Source: an uncultured Elusimicrobia bacterium (GTDB lineage Bacteria > Elusimicrobiota > Elusimicrobia > Elusimicrobiales > UBA9959). From it: a stretch of DNA of 64,000 bases. The DNA is taken from the NCBI GenBank assembly GCA_903867985.1, contig CAIPTO010000029.1:65-64064 (forward strand). The letters are read 5' to 3'. The position numbers were made by a program, and so were the translations under genes. This document shows positions 63,126 to 64,000 of the stretch, piece after piece. Position 1 is the first letter of the stretch; each line of letters begins with the position of its first letter. The notes below the pieces were generated by a model that had not been told where the DNA came from, searched no databases, and was given only the letters and a program-made list of their open reading frames with translations.

Positions 63126-64000
63126 ATGCTGCCAGCCAAGGGTTTACAGAGAAGAAAGAATATCAGAGAGATACTGATAGAGGGCGGTCTTGTCCCCGAA
63201 GACAGCATCAAAGCCGCGGAAGAACTCGCTGAAAAAGAGGATAAAACGCTTCAGCAGACGCTGACAGAGATGAAGCTTATCGACGAGGTTAAGCTTCTGA
63301 AAGTCATGGCTGACGAGTGGGGGTTTAAAGCCGTAGACCTCTCCAAGATGGAAGTGCCCAGAGAGACGGTTCAGAGCCTGCCGGAGTCTATCGCCATGCG
63401 CCAGGTCTGCGTGCCTTTCGCGCTCCAGGACAATGTGATGTTTCTGGCGATGTCCGACCCCCGCGATTTTCTGGTTGTGGAAGATATCGGGCTCAGGACA
63501 GGCCTTGAGGTTAAGGTTTTTCTGGCTTTGCCCCAGGGCATAAATAAAATTCTGGACAGTGTGTACGGCAAGGCCGACGCCGCCCAGGTCGATCAGCTTG
63601 TTGAATCCGTCACCCAGGCCGCGCCTAAAAAACCGGGTGAGGAAGAATCTTTTTCCCTGGCCGACGAGGCCGAGAAAAAGGACATCAGTGATGTGGACGC
63701 GAACGCCCCCGAAGTTGAGCGTCTCGTCAACGCCATAATATTGGGCGCTCTTAATATCAAGGCCTCCGATATTCACGTGGAACCTTTTGAAGATCCCAAC
63801 GGAAAGAATTCCAAGGTCATGATACGCTATCGGGTTGACGGTATGCTCCGGGCCGCCTCTTTTTCAGTGCCGTGGGCTTACCGGCAGGCCATCACCGCCA
63901 AGATAAAGATCATGACCAATTCCATGAATATCACTGAGCGGCGTATCCCCCAGAGCGGACGCATACAGATCATCGCCAAGGGCAACCCTATAGAATTCCG
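63126..64000 (+). CDS. Type II secretion / type IV pilus assembly ATPase (GspE/PilB), 5' partial, runs off the window
   Basis: By my own translation, the N-terminal GSPII_E-N domain (VCVPFALQDNVMFLAMSDPRD) is followed by ASDIHVEP, RYRVDGML and ITERRIPQSGRI. This ORF is absent from the track because no stop codon falls within the window. Confidence 0.85.
   Translation, partial: MLPAKGLQRRKNIREILIEGGLVPEDSIKAAEELAEKEDKTLQQTLTEMKLIDEVKLLKVMADEWGFKAVDLSKMEVPRETVQSLPESIAMRQVCVPFALQDNVMFLAMSDPRDFLVVEDIGLRTGLEVKVFLALPQGINKILDSVYGKADAAQVDQLVESVTQAAPKKPGEEESFSLADEAEKKDISDVDANAPEVERLVNAIILGALNIKASDIHVEPFEDPNGKNSKVMIRYRVDGMLRAASFSVPWAYRQAITAKIKIMTNSMNITERRIPQSGRIQIIAKGNPIEF

Overview
This 64-kb window (roughly 55% GC by eye) looks like a chromosomal segment of a diderm bacterium that I cannot place taxonomically from sequence alone. 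It is dominated by conserved housekeeping genes. These include the rpsU-dnaG-rpoD operon, rplU-rpmA-obg, rplM-rpsI, typA, efp, murC, rsmA, cysE-cysK, argF, anmK, dcd, rdgB and add, plus two tRNAs (Gln-CTG, Pro-TGG). Interspersed are envelope and secreted functions: a MacB/FtsX-type ABC operon with an outer-membrane barrel, OmpA-like and TPR proteins, C11, S8 and M48 peptidases, 5'-nucleotidases, and the start of a PilB/GspE ATPase. Signalling genes (a hybrid histidine kinase, a CheY-like receiver, a PAS protein) are also present. All product calls rest on motif recognition in the supplied translations, because no database search was possible. I saw no rRNA, CRISPR array, cas gene, integrase, transposase, prophage or recognisable defence island. 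The most unusual content is non-coding. (1) A set of intergenic fold-back elements has arms built from degenerate tandem 7-8 nt units. Several 'word' classes exist, and the G-rich class carries canonical G-quadruplex motifs. These elements fill many junctions between co-directional genes and engulf stop codons. (2) A structured repeat of about 80-130 nt occurs in two direct copies flanking an M48 peptidase gene. (3) A stand-alone unit of about 145 nt, with a consensus promoter and an intrinsic terminator, is a candidate small RNA. On the protein side, a tandem pair of 5'-nucleotidase paralogues (one with every catalytic motif degraded) sits next to a degenerate AphA-like gene. A PAS protein ends in a Cys/His module instead of a kinase. 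EF-P has Gln at the normally modified Lys/Arg loop tip. A class II Fic gene sits among tRNA 3'-end-like fragments.
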